Shown here piece by piece: positions 13,401 through 24,956 of a DNA stretch of 64,000 nucleotides. The position numbers and the translations under genes are program-made. The stretch is from positions 3,472,001 to 3,536,000 of the forward strand of contig JBHGNT010000017.1 of assembly GCA_043228905.1 (NCBI GenBank), in the 5' to 3' direction. The number at the start of each line of letters is the position of its first letter. Position 1 is the stretch's first letter. Below the pieces are notes generated by a model. The model saw only the letters and a program-made list of their open reading frames with translations. It was not told where the DNA came from and searched no databases. This stretch comes from Azolla caroliniana. Lineage: Eukaryota; Plantae; Polypodiophyta.

Positions 13401-13681
13401 TGAAAAAGTGAGGAGTGAGGCCATCAATTCCGGGGTAACTGTCTGCATCCAAATCGGAGAGGGCCTCCCATATCTCGATTGATAAGGGACGCACAAGCCA
13501 TGTATTCATTTTCGTCGTGACTTTCTCGGGTATGCTCTGGAGGATAATATCTTCTCGTGTGTCTTACCTTGTGGCCATATTATCTTCGATAAGTAGGCGC
13601 TTGTAGTAACTTGTGGCAATATTCCTCATTTCGTCGCCATCCTTAGTGGTCGTTCCATCCTCTCGGTTGAGGCTACGCATA

Positions 13682-14044
13682 TGTTGAGCGGAAAGCTCAA
13701 TCGGATCCGGATCGGCATCCAGAAGGATGAGCCGGATCGGTGAGCCGGTGAGCTGGGGAGCCAGTTAACTGGATCAAGCAGTAACCGGAAGCCAAGTAGC
13801 AGCTAGTCTACTAGGGAGTCAATATCTCGTAGTTAGTGTCAGAAGCTCGTGTGAGCATTGAAGTACATCGTACTTCTGTCAGTCCGGATGGACTTGTATA
13901 AAAGTGTTCACTGAACACATACAATGTATAGACTTAGTAGTATTTTTTAATTGAGTTTCTGTGTGCTCTCTCTTTGTCTCTCCCTCGTATTGTTAAGCTC
14001 TCCATTAAACCTGCTTCCGCTTTTGCACGCTATTTGTTTCTACA
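13682..14044 (+). repeat. 5' LTR (363 bp, TG...CA)
   Basis: Aligns with 19021-19417; contains TATAAAA. Confidence 0.95.
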
Positions 14045-14056
14045 TGGTATCAAAAC
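14045..14056 (+). other. Primer-binding site, tRNA-iMet type (TGGTATCAaAaC)
   Basis: Immediately after the 5' LTR; close to the canonical TGGTATCAGAGC. Confidence 0.85.
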
Positions 14057-14119
14057 GCAAGGGTTGAAGACCTCTGCAGCTGACTTACAAGTTGTGAGAA
14101 TAGAACAGAAGAAAAAAAA

Positions 14120-17100
14120 ATGGATAGAGGAATGGCTAGCTCGCTCCCGGTGGAGAAGCTCGACAGATCCAACTACGCATCTTGGTCATACAAGATGCAC
14201 CAGTACCTGCTTGGGCATGGTTATTGGAGCTATGTCGACGGAGCTAACAACACAGCACCTGATGGGGCACACAAGGACTTCCCGGTGTGGGAACAATCGG
14301 CAAGCAGAGTGATGTACTGCTTTGCGTCCAATGTCGGAGACCAGCTGTTGAGTCATGTCCGAGATGCCAAGACGCCGAAAGAGGCTTGGGGAAGCCTAAA
14401 GAAGGTGTTCGCCGCAAGCACTACAGCTTGAAAGCTGCAACTCCGATAGGAGTTGAGCAATGTCCAGCAGAAGGACATGTCGGTGGATGACTCCACGGCC
14501 CGAATCAAAGAGATCTGTGACTCGCTTGCCTCTATCAACGTCACAGTAGAGGAAGACAAGATGGTACAGGTCTGTCTTGGGGGCCTGGCGTTTAAGTTCT
14601 GAGCTTTCTAGACATGAATATATACGAGGGAGAATACATCGCCATTTTTCGACTTACAGTCGATGCTCCTTGTAGAGGAGAACCACACCGATGCGGCAAC
14701 AAGTGCACCCACCGACAACTGGATGTTGTAAACGGAGGCGGATCGGCCCCGTGGGTGTGGTGGACGAGGCGGGTCGACACGCACTCGAGGCGACCGACAA
14801 GAGCAGGAAAGACAACGTAGAGACCGTGTCAACAACAGTTGCGGGACCTCCACAACCAGGGGGAGTCAAGGTGGCGCTGGAGGCCGTCAAGACAAATCCG
14901 CCACGGAATGCTGGTACTGTAGCAAAAAAGGCCACAGAGAAAGCGAGTGCTGGAAGAAGCGAGCCGATTCGGACAAATCTGGATCTAGCAAAACTAGTCG
15001 GGAGAACCGGCAAAGCTCGCACTACGCGCAAGGATCGAAAGGATCCGGAACCAGGAAGATCGATAAGGGGCCTACCTTGGTGATGAAGCACGAGGCAAAT
15101 TCGATGAAGAAGACCACTTCCAAATCGGAGGAAGTGTCGTGCGTTGATTCCGGTGCATCAAATCACATGACGAACCACAAAGAGTGGTTCTCCTTCCTGG
15201 AGAAACCAGAACAACTGGGAGTTGTTGAAACCGGAGATGACACTCCTCACCCAATCGTCCATATCGGTGAAGTCCCTTTGAGCCACGTCAGATAGAGGGG
15301 GAAGCTGATGAACGTATTACATGTTCCGACTATCACGAAGAACCTGGTGTCGGTCGGATAGATCATCGACCAGGGAATGCAGGTGCAGTTTACGCACCTC
15401 GGGTGCTTCATTGAGGAGGAGGGCCGGATTATTGCGCAAGGGCGCAGAGACGGGAGGATGTTTATCCTCGACACCAATGACGTCGACACCGCTTTGTTCG
15501 CTAAAGGACAGAAGATTGAATCGGACATCGATCTCTGGAACACGCGGATCGGCCATGTCAATTACCGGAGGCTTCAAAACCTGCAAACGAAACAAGTTGT
15601 TTTTGGTTTGCCAAAGTTCAGTGGCCGGAAGGCCCCAATATGTGAAGCCTGCCAACTCGGGAAGCAACACCGGCTTCCATTCCCCACCGAACGAAACCGT
15701 AGCCGTAACAAGCTCGACCTTATTCATTCGGATGTATGGGGACCGGCATAGAACGTGCATTTTGGCGGGAGTCGATACTTCGTCTCCTTCATCGATGACT
15801 ATAGCCGACACACATGGATCTACCTCATTGAGCGAAAGAGCGAAGTCGTCGACTGTTTCCAGAACCTCCAAAGCATGGTGGAACGGGAATCGGAGAGGAA
15901 GGTCAAGTGCTTGCGGTCGGATGGCAGAAAAGATTACTTTTCCGACCAATTCAACAGTTATTTGCAGCAAAAAGGAATTTGGAGAGAGTTCAGTTGTAGA
16001 TACACACCGGAGCAAAACGGTGTGGCCGAAAGGAAGAACCGATCGCTTGTCGACGCGGCAAGGGCAATGCTGGAAGAAAAGAGCATGCCCCATTTCTACT
16101 GGGCAGAGGCGGTCCAGACGACCGTCTACATCCAAAACCGGATCGGTGACAAGGTGTCCGCGCATGAGCTTTATTTCGGGCGCAAGCCGAATTTGAGACA
16201 CCTTCGGATATTCGGTAGCATTTCATATGTGCATGTACCGGATGAGAAGCGGAGGAAGCTAGATGCAAAGTCGGAGAAATGCATCCTAGTCGGTTACTCG
16301 CATGAGCAAAAGGGGTATAAATGTTACAACCCCCGGACGAAGCAGGTCCGAGTTAGCCGGGATGTGGAATTTGATGAGACGGCATCATGGTATGCCTTAC
16401 CTGCTTCGACTTCCGACCCCGACCCGATACCAGAGGATGAGGCTAGTGAGCCTGAACCGGTCCAGTTAGAAGATGAGGGCCTCGTCGCTCTAGAAGAGAG
16501 TCCGATCTCATTTCGGTTAAGTGGACCGAATGAGCGGCTGAGTCGAGATGACCAGTCAGATGAGGAACCGACGAGTAGTGGAGACTCTACCGTGCTCTCC
16601 CTGTGCAAGGAACCGAGGAGACGGTTCACGCGCAAAGAGAAGGGGAAGAAGAAGATGTCGGAATATGAAACCGGCAATGTTGAGTCGGATCAGAGAGAAT
16701 CTGACTCTAGAAAGGATGAAGACGGTTATTTGGCACCGAAGATCGAACCAGCCAAGAAGGGCCTCAAACCGGGTAACGGTGGGTTACGCCGGTCAACCCG
16801 CCGGAAGGAACATGTCAAGTGGTACGGGTACAATGAGTACATGGCGCATCACTATGCGTACATGACCAAGGTGGCGGAAGTGCGTGAGCCGGAGAGCTAC
16901 GTAGAAGCGGCAAAGGACACACATTGGCGTGCCGCTATGGAAGAAGAGATGTGGGCACTTGATGCCAACGAGACATGGGACTTGGTTGACCGTCCCCGTC
17001 ACTGTAAACCGATCGGATGCAAGTGGGTGTACAAGGTAAAGTACAATGCCGACGGTTCAGTTAACCGGTACAAGGGCCGGTTCGTCGCGAAGGGATACGT

Positions 17101-18946
17101 GCAAACCCATGGAATCGACTACGAGGAGACCTTCGCTCTGGTAGTGAAGATGACGATGATTCGGGTAGTGCTAGCGGTTGTTGCGGCAAGGGAGTGTCAT
17201 CTTCACCAGATGGACGTGAAGAATGCATTTCTTCAAGGCGATCTAGAAGAAGAGGTCTTTATGACCCAACCTCACGGTTTTCAGTCGGAGATGAACAAGT
17301 CGGTTGTATGCCGGTTGAAGAAGTCACTTTATGGCCTGAAGCAAGCCCTTCGAGCTTGGAATGTGAAGATCACGCACCGGTTGCGTAAGATGGGGTTTGC
17401 GGCCTCCAAGTCTAACTCTTCGTTGCTCATCCGGCAAGGTTCGGACGGTCCGGTATGCATCTTGTTGTATGTTGATGATCTAGTCATCACCGAACCCGGA
17501 CTCAATAAAATCAGCCGAGTCAAGTCCCAGTTGTCGGACGCATTTGAGATGAAGGACTTGGGGGACCTTCACTATTTCCTTGGGATCGAGGTGATCCGAA
17601 CCCCCAACAGCATATTTCTCTCACAGAGACACTATGTGTTGAATATGTTGTACAAGTTCGACATGACGGAATGCCGCCCTATTTCTACACCCTTGGACCG
17701 GAAACAGAAGCTCTGTCCCAACTCCGGACCGGCCTGCGATGAGAAACGGTTCCGACAAATTGTCAGAAGCCTTATATATTTGACCATCACCCGACCCGAC
17801 ATAAGCTATCCGGTCGGTGTGATTAGCCAATTCATGCAGAAGCTGACCATAGAGCATATTTAGTGCGCACACCGAATATTGCGGTATGTGAATGACACGA
17901 AGAACCGGGGACTGTTATACCGACGAGGTATAACCGAAGAGCTAGTCAGTTACACTGATGCCGATTGGGCCGACGATGCATCAGATCGCCGTTCCACTTC
18001 CGGTTACATGTTTTCCCTAGGTAGCGCGGCTTTTTCGAGCACTGAGGCTGAGTATCGAGGCGCTACCATCGCCACCTGTGAAGCCATTTGGCTTCGGCGA
18101 CTGGTGCAAGACCTGCGGATCGAGGTGCTCACCCCAATCCTGATGTATTGCGACAATATGAGTAGCATGCAGCTCGCCAAGAACCCCATATTCTATGCTC
18201 ACACAAAGCACATAGAAGTGCACTATCACTTCGTGTGTGAGCGTGTCCTGAGCGGTGAAGTCGAACTTCGGTATGTTCATACGGATTAGCAAGTTGCCGA
18301 CATCTTCACCAAACCGCTCGGATCAGACAAGTTGCAACACTTCACCGAAATGATTGGTGTTCAGCATCACGACATGCCACACTTGAGGGGGAGAATGGGC
18401 ATAGACACCACCAGAACGAGCAAAGGCAAAGAGACTACCGATTGCGCCGGTGGGGGAAGAACCGACAAGGGGAGAGACAGGAAGAAGAAAGGAACCGAGT
18501 CGATAAAGGAAGTTGACACATCCGAACAAGTCGGAACAAGCGGCAGCGGAGGCAGAGTCAAGAAGGATAGAGCCGACCGGAAGAAGGCCAAGACCCGGAC
18601 ATTGTCCGATGTGGTGAAGGGCTTGGAACCAGAAGACGAATTAGGAGCAACCGATTCAGACAAGAGCTGGAACAAATCGGAGACAGCCGATTCGGTTCTA
18701 CAAAAGGATTCAGAAGAACCGGATCAATTCAAGGCCAAGAGGACGAGATGGCAGCAAAAGTCGACGCCAACACGAAGGAATCGGCGGGTTGACAAGCGCC
18801 GAAGTCACATAAGCGAGGGAGCTAATTTGGGCCTGTTGAGCAGACAAGCCAACCAAGGAGGTCGAGATGCGCAGAAACAGAAGGGTCGCGCGGCAAACCG
18901 GACCGGACCGGACGAGAAGCGCGAGCAAGGCGGAATGATGCCATAG
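14120..18946 (+). pseudogene. Copia gag-pol polyprotein, single frame with about 11 premature stops, plus a ~185-aa C-terminal extension
   Basis: All ORF pieces (14120, 15077, 15377, 15755, 17879, 18332) share one frame. Zinc knuckle CWYCSKKGHRESEC, protease VDSGASNHM, integrase HSDVWGP/IDDYSR/EQNGVAERKNR, RT QMDVKNAFL/LYVDDL, RNase H DADWA/TEAEY/ADIFTK. Confidence 0.93.
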
Positions 18947-19008
18947 GGAGCCAGGTGGATGGACCGGCTGCCATGGAGACTGACACTACGATCCGACCTC
19001 AAGTTGAG

Positions 19009-19020
19009 CTTGAGGGGGAG
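19009..19020 (+). other. Polypurine tract (CTTGAGGGGGAG) abutting the 3' LTR
   Basis: Directly precedes TGTTGAG at 19021; an identical 12-mer occurs at 18382-18393. Confidence 0.9.
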
Positions 19021-19417
19021 TGTTGAGCGGCAAGCTCAACTGGATCCGTATCGGTTGAATAAGCTTGAGCCGGATCGACATCCAGAAGGATGAGCCGGAT
19101 CGGTGAGCCAGTGAGCTGCGGAGCCGGTTAACTGGATCAAGCAGTAACCGGAAGCCAAGTAGCAGCTAGTCTACTAGGGAGTCAATATCTCGTAGTTAGT
19201 GTCAGACGCTCATGTGAGCATTGAAGTACACTGTACTTCTGTTAGTCCGGATGGACTTGTATAAAAGTGTTCACTGAACACATACGATGTACAGACTGAG
19301 TAGTATTTTTGAATTGAGTTTCTATGTGCTCTCTCTCTGTCTCTCTCGCGTACTGTTAAGCTCTCCATTAAACCTGTTTTCTATTGCTTCCGCTTTCGCA
19401 CGTTATTTGTTTCTAGA
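19021..19417 (+). repeat. 3' LTR (397 bp, terminal CA mutated to GA)
   Basis: Matches the 5' LTR apart from 24-bp and 10-bp indels and roughly 25 substitutions (manual count). Confidence 0.95.
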
Positions 19418-21519
19418 GCATCATTGTTCTAGCGTGTCTCAGTTCCTTGGATCGAAAGAATTCCTTTGTGGATTTGTCCCCTACTCGAATCCATCGAGCC
19501 ATGCTTCCATGAAACTCCATGTCATAGATTGTCTTTTCCGTCATGATGAGTTCATGTTTGGCCATGACAACTTGTCTCGCAATCCAACTACATGTCGGGT
19601 ATCTCTGTTGGAGTTGTTGTAAGGCTATTAGTCCCCGTTTTGTCCTTTGTCGCTTTTCTTGAGCATCCTTGCTTCTCATTTTGACAATCTTGTGTAGTAG
19701 AGTTGAAGCTCTTGTTAATTTAGCTAGAAGTTTGTCAGATGCTAATGAAGCATTGACAGGTAATGACCATTGGTTGACGAGCTGATCCTTCACCTCTGTG
19801 ACTGAGTAGATCGTGTGCAGGATTCGAGGTTGAAATGGGCCCCACTTTCGGTGTAATTGAAAGTGACCAATTATCGGGTAATGGTCATAGAAAGTCATGC
19901 TTGGAGTTATGCGTCACCACCCTCCCTTCGCTTCTAGGGCCTCGCCTACATAAATGCGGTCAATGCGAGATAGGGTGGGTCCACTATTTCGCCCATCTGA
20001 TCGGGAGAATAAGAGTGAATCTCTTTTTCATTGAAAGTTGTCCGAGTGCCATAGATCTCTCAGGTTAAGGTGTAGACATAACTTCTCCCATTGTTTTCGT
20101 TCCCTTCCTTGTATAACTATGGGATTGTTGCTAGAACTATCGTGAAGGGATTCAATCATATTAAAATCCCCTCCAATGCACCAGTTCCCCACACCTGCTA
20201 CTTGTAGGCAAATGCACTCCTAGAATGTTGCCCTTTCTATGCTACTATTTGGAGCATAAACATTCATGAAATTCCAGTGTTGCCCTTGGATGGCCAACGT
20301 GCAAAAATGTGCCCTATCAGGTATAAGTGCTTCTTGATGTATTAAGCCTTGGGCTAGATGTTCCCGAATCAAAGTGCAAATACCACCATGATTTCCATCC
20401 TCCCCTATTGTTGGCTCCCAAATTGTTCGCCATGATCCTGGTAGAAGGTCTCTGACTTCCTTTGAGCAAGTACTATCGAGGTGGTGTTCCTGCAACATGA
20501 TTATGTTAGTAGCACCCCCTAATATAAATTCCTCAAGATCCCTTCTCAGTTTCCATCTATTTTGCTGGTCTAGTCAACTCCTGAGTCCTTGGACGTTCCA
20601 TGTTACAATGTTCATACTCATGGAATAGGGTGAGAGATTACCAGTTGTTCCTGATGCTTTGCACAACAGGTCGTGAGTGGAGAGCACTCACCATTTAGAC
20701 ATCCCATCATTTTCACTGATGGGATGATGGTCCAAATCCATGACTGGAGTTTGTGGGCTATCTAGTGAGCTTCAATCACCCCTTCCTCCTTCTCATAGAA
20801 ATAGAAAAAGCCTGCAGTTAGATGGGTGTCTATAATATTCCGCAAGTGGATGTGGTAGAGATGAGGTTCCTCTTCATCCATGATGAGGTGGGCGTTGCTC
20901 TTGCTCTTGTTCCGTTCCTTGGTGGTCGTTGCTCCTGCCTCAGAGGTCCTCTCCCTCTTAGCGTGACTCCCTCCTGCTCCGCTAATGTTGTCAGGATTGT
21001 TAATTTCTTACACTGTCTATGTAGTATTGTGAATTCATTTTTTGTTCTGCTTTTAAGTTAGAGGCAATGCATTCCATTCACATTGTTTTGTTCCAATTAG
21101 ATAGCTGAAATAAAACTTGGGAGTAATCAATCTTGTTGGAAGTGTTTATTAAAGATTTTTTAAACCTTTATTGCTTTCACTGTTGAGTTTTATCGGGCAA
21201 ATGTTATTAGCCATAGGCAACTATGTAGTCTCCATTTTTTTCCCTTGTAAAAATCTGAACCTCAACTCAAAGAAGACTTTATGGCAATATTTTATTACCA
21301 AATGTTGGAAACAACATTAGGTTTGAAATAGTAAGTTGAAATCTCAAATGATAATTTTTTGGAAAAAAACACTCAAATGATCATTATATGGGTACAAAAA
21401 TGTGACAATCATGAACAAAAATGTGATTGATCAATGTAATTTTTTTCTTTATACATTTGGTTTAATAACTATTACAAATCCCAGGTGGTATGGTACCTTT
21501 AGATATACAATAGTGTCCC

Positions 21520-22181
21520 AGATTGGCAAGGGTTCGGTTCAAGCCTAAACCAATTTAAAATGGCTTAGCGGCTAGGCTTGAGCTTGGTTAAACATTTTGA
21601 GCTCGGTTCGGTTTGGCTTGAGCCTTGCCAAACCGGTTAAGCTGTTTATGTGGTTTACTAGTTAGGTTAGAGGAAAACTTCAAAGTTAAACTTGGGAAAA
21701 AGAGGTTGACTCATCGAGAGGAAGCCATAGCCAAAGGCAACCACTGTTGAATAAGAGACTACATAGAGATGAGGGAGGGAGGGAGACTACACAGACGAGA
21801 GAGAGAGAGAGAGAGCCTCTACACTACATAGTGGATTAATTTGTGGGAGGAGAGTAGGGAGGAAGAGAGAGAGGTTCATAGAGACGAGGCTGAGTGAAGA
21901 AAGCTCAAATTAAGGTGGTAATGGTGGCAAGGCCTAGGGCAAGCCATGTCCATGTGCTAGCAAGCAAGGTGTCTTGTAGAAGTAGGGAAAGTGGCATGCA
22001 TGTCTCCATAGCTATCAAATATTTGTATCTGAGATGGTGTTGGTGATGATGTTGTTAGAGGTTGATGGGAAGAAAAATAATGGTGAGGTTCCCAAACTGG
22101 TTTAGGGATCGGTTTGGTTTGGTTCAAGTTTGAGAACCCCAAAACGGTTTAGGCTTAACCAGTTTGGCTTGCTGATCCCTA
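21520..22181. mobile_element. Degenerate non-autonomous DNA transposon (hAT-like MITE)
   Basis: Right end ...GGTTTAGGCTTAACCAGTTTGGCTTGCTGATCCCTA is an imperfect inverted match to left end AGATTGGCAAGGGTTCGGTTCAAGCCTAAACC. Many subterminal GGTTT/AAACC/GGTTC motifs. Flanks AGTGTCCC and AGTGTAAC resemble a decayed 8-bp TSD. Confidence 0.5.
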
Positions 22182-23400
22182 AGTGTAACACTTGGTGCAT
22201 TTGGAACTTGCCAATGGTCAAGAAAATATTGGAAAAACTAAAAAACTCTTGTCCTATTCATGAATCAAAGCTACCTATGTGATTTATAAAACTTGAAACA
22301 ACAAACGTTTTAAAGCTAGAGTTGTACAAATAATATATGATTGGTTTGCAATGGTTGTATATGTGATTTAATGTTGAATGGTAATATATGAGATTACAAA
22401 TTTGAAAGTTCTAAATCAAATCATTATATATGAGATGCTAAGATCCAAAACACAAGACCCAAATGATAACTAGAGGATTATTGATGAAATTTCTAGATTA
22501 TGCCATTTAAAAGGAAAGTATAATTGTTTGTTTGAGGAACTCACGCATATTTATAGATATGAAGGACAAATAATGCACACAACCATTTTCATAGCATTCT
22601 AAATAACTTGACACAAATTCAATCTTGGCCCGTCATATGGCAAACACATAGTTACTATTTTGTCCATACAAAGTCTTGTTCACTATGAAGTGCATATCCT
22701 ACCTTATTTTCATTGAGTATTTGTAGTAACTTTAATCACAAAGAAACGTGATTACATATCGTGATTGTTGTCTCATTTGCATAACTTGGATTGGTAACGA
22801 CAATGTGTTGGTTTGACCTTTCTTTCTCCCTTAGTTGTCAGGCTGTCCTTCTTGTTCGAGAAAGAGAATATTAAAATTATGTAAAATATTTTGTGGGACC
22901 ATGGTTTATTTTTTTATGTCATAGTGATAGGAATGGGTGGTTCATGGGAACTCACATCTTGGTTGCCCACATGATCCACTGATTTTGTGATAATATTTAA
23001 GTAAGATGTTGAATAATGAGATCTATGTATGAAGGGGGAAATCTATCCAATCTTCTTGCATTTTTTATTTTAATTATAAGTTGTATTTAGTGTCGAACAA
23101 CTGTTCATACACTATTGTAATTATAAATCAACTTTAATATTCCGAATGTTATAACCCAATGCTTGCCACGATGATGAGAAAGTTCATGCCTTTTGTGTTT
23201 AAGTTTATATCTTTATATCAAGAGGCGACTCCCAAGGTGCAACTACACACTCACACAATCCTTAAGGTGGGACATTCTCTCCCCAATTATGAGAAGAACT
23301 ACTCCCACACATTATTTTTTAAGAGTTTCAATCACATTCCTGTACATTGGATTACAAGTCGACCATGTGAGCTCAAAAGATGCAAATGCATATGCTAATG

Positions 23401-23823
23401 TATATGCATCTAGGTATAGGTTTCGTCTCTTCATAGTGCGGTTGAATGCTTCACAATGATGCAACGTGTGTAAACTAGCCTCTAGGTACAAGCTATTAGC
23501 ATTCCATGCTTGGGCTAAAATGTGAAAAAGAGCTAGATATAAACAATAGGACACGAATACGAAACCATGCGTGTCTTAGTCTCCGCAGGGTCCTTATCCA
23601 AGTACATAATTATATATGCATCTAGGTATAGGTTTTGTCTCTTCATAGTGTAGTTGAATGCTTCAAAATGATGTAACGTATCGTAAAGTAACCTCTAGGT
23701 ACGAGATATTAGCATTCCATGTTTGGGTGAAATGTGAAAAAGAACTAGATATGAAGAAATGTATGCGAGTACGAAACCATGTGCGTCTTAGTCTCAATAG
23801 GGTCCTCATCCGAGGTACATATT
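23401..23823. repeat. ~212-bp tandem duplication (2 diverged copies)
   Basis: TATATGCATCTAGGTATAGGTTT... at 23401 and 23613. Confidence 0.9.
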
Positions 23824-24088
23824 CTACCCCGTGTGCCAAGTTTTGGTTCTAGGAAAGTGGCTAGTTGTGGGGAGGCTAGACCAAGGGCAAAGCAAGAGGA
23901 CCTGTTGTAAAAGTAGAGCTGGAGAGACCTGAGAGAGTTTTCAAATGGAGTGGGATGAGCCAAAGAACTAGGGGAATGAAGCTCACCAATACGCGCGCAC
24001 ACACACTCACTCACTCACACACACACACACACACTTACACTAGGCGAGATCCCAAAAACATCTAAATGGTTCCCTCTCTCTCTGTGCA

Positions 24089-24655
24089 CTTACCCTAGTG
24101 ATAAGTTGTTGCACTACGTCTTGGGTTCGAAACCGAATGTTCTCACCTCTATTACTCCATACATATCCTCTTAATTTAGTGGATGCCATCATGGAATGTA
24201 GGGATTGAACCCATGTCCTCCTTGTCTCCATTGGGCAACCTTATGTAGGTTGATAAATGACTTGCTTCACATTTTATCGTAATTAGCTTACCCTATTGGT
24301 AAGTTGTTTACACTACACTTTGGGTTAGAAACCCAAATTTCTCACCTCTCTATTATATACTAGAAGTACTTCATACATATCCTCTTAATTCACTAGATGC
24401 ATCATGCCACTGTGGAATGTTTGGGTTGAACCCATGACCTGCATTTTATCGTAATCAACTTACCCTATTAGTAAGTTGTTTACACTACACTTTGGGTTAG
24501 AAACCCAAATTTCTCACCTCTCTATTATATACTAGAAGTACTTCATACATATCCTCTTAATTCACTAAGGATGCATCATGCCACTGTGGAATGTATGGGT
24601 TGAACCCATGACCTCTTGGTCTCCACTGGGCAACCTTACCAAATGAGCTACATTC
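24089..24655. repeat. Three tandem ~170-200-bp units carrying tRNA-like (Pol III A/B-box) motifs; probably SINE-derived
   Basis: Units start CTTACCCTA at 24089, 24287 and 24459. Minus strand 24655-24588 reads GAATGTAGCTCATTTGGTAAGG...AGGTCATGGGTTCAACCCATACATTCC (A box, B box, pairing ends). Confidence 0.75.
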
Positions 24656-24956
24656 ATCTGGGCTCCCATCTCTCTCTCTCTCTCTCTCTTTGTGCATTAC
24701 TTCTATTACTACTACTTCTTCAGTTTCTATTTAATACACGTACATACACAACAAATATCAGTTTCTTCTCTTTTTCATTCTATTTCTCCTATTACTGCCC
24801 CCCCCTCCCCCCTAAAACCTTACCGCGACAGGAAATGCCATGGAATCATCATAGAAGCAGAAGCAGAAGCAGAAGCAGAAGCAGCTCCACCAAAGCCTAG
24901 GGTTTGACCTCCAAGACGAAGCCGGGAGCTGTTTGGTTGCACCCAGAGACGTAATA

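Larger units (their letters stand above)
13682..19417 (+). mobile_element. Full-length Ty1/copia LTR retrotransposon, inactive
   Basis: Paired LTRs, PBS and PPT; domain order gag-PR-IN-RT-RH; 5-bp TSD GCATA (13677-13681) / GCATC (19418-19422). Removing it restores the LINE B frame (...RTMMR/SLNREDG...). Confidence 0.97.
10553..20995 (-). mobile_element. L1-clade LINE B with complete but degenerate ORF2, interrupted by a copia element
   Basis: ORF2 start MSMNIVTWNVQGL at 20621; APE motifs (LQEHH, NVYAPN, GGDFN, DHYP); RT (LLDFEKAFDRVCW, FADD, YLG); zinc finger CVACP...HALWDCP; stop at 10601. Perfect 14-bp TSD ATTGTTAATTTCTT at 10539-10552 and 20996-21009. Confidence 0.93.

Noticed and set aside
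15317-16201. Two ~290-aa alternative-frame/antisense ORFs in the copia integrase
   Set aside because: Shadow ORFs of GC-rich coding DNA with no recognisable domain.
24588-24655. Functional tRNA gene
   Set aside because: D and anticodon arms do not pair properly and the T loop is shortened; treated as a tRNA-derived repeat.
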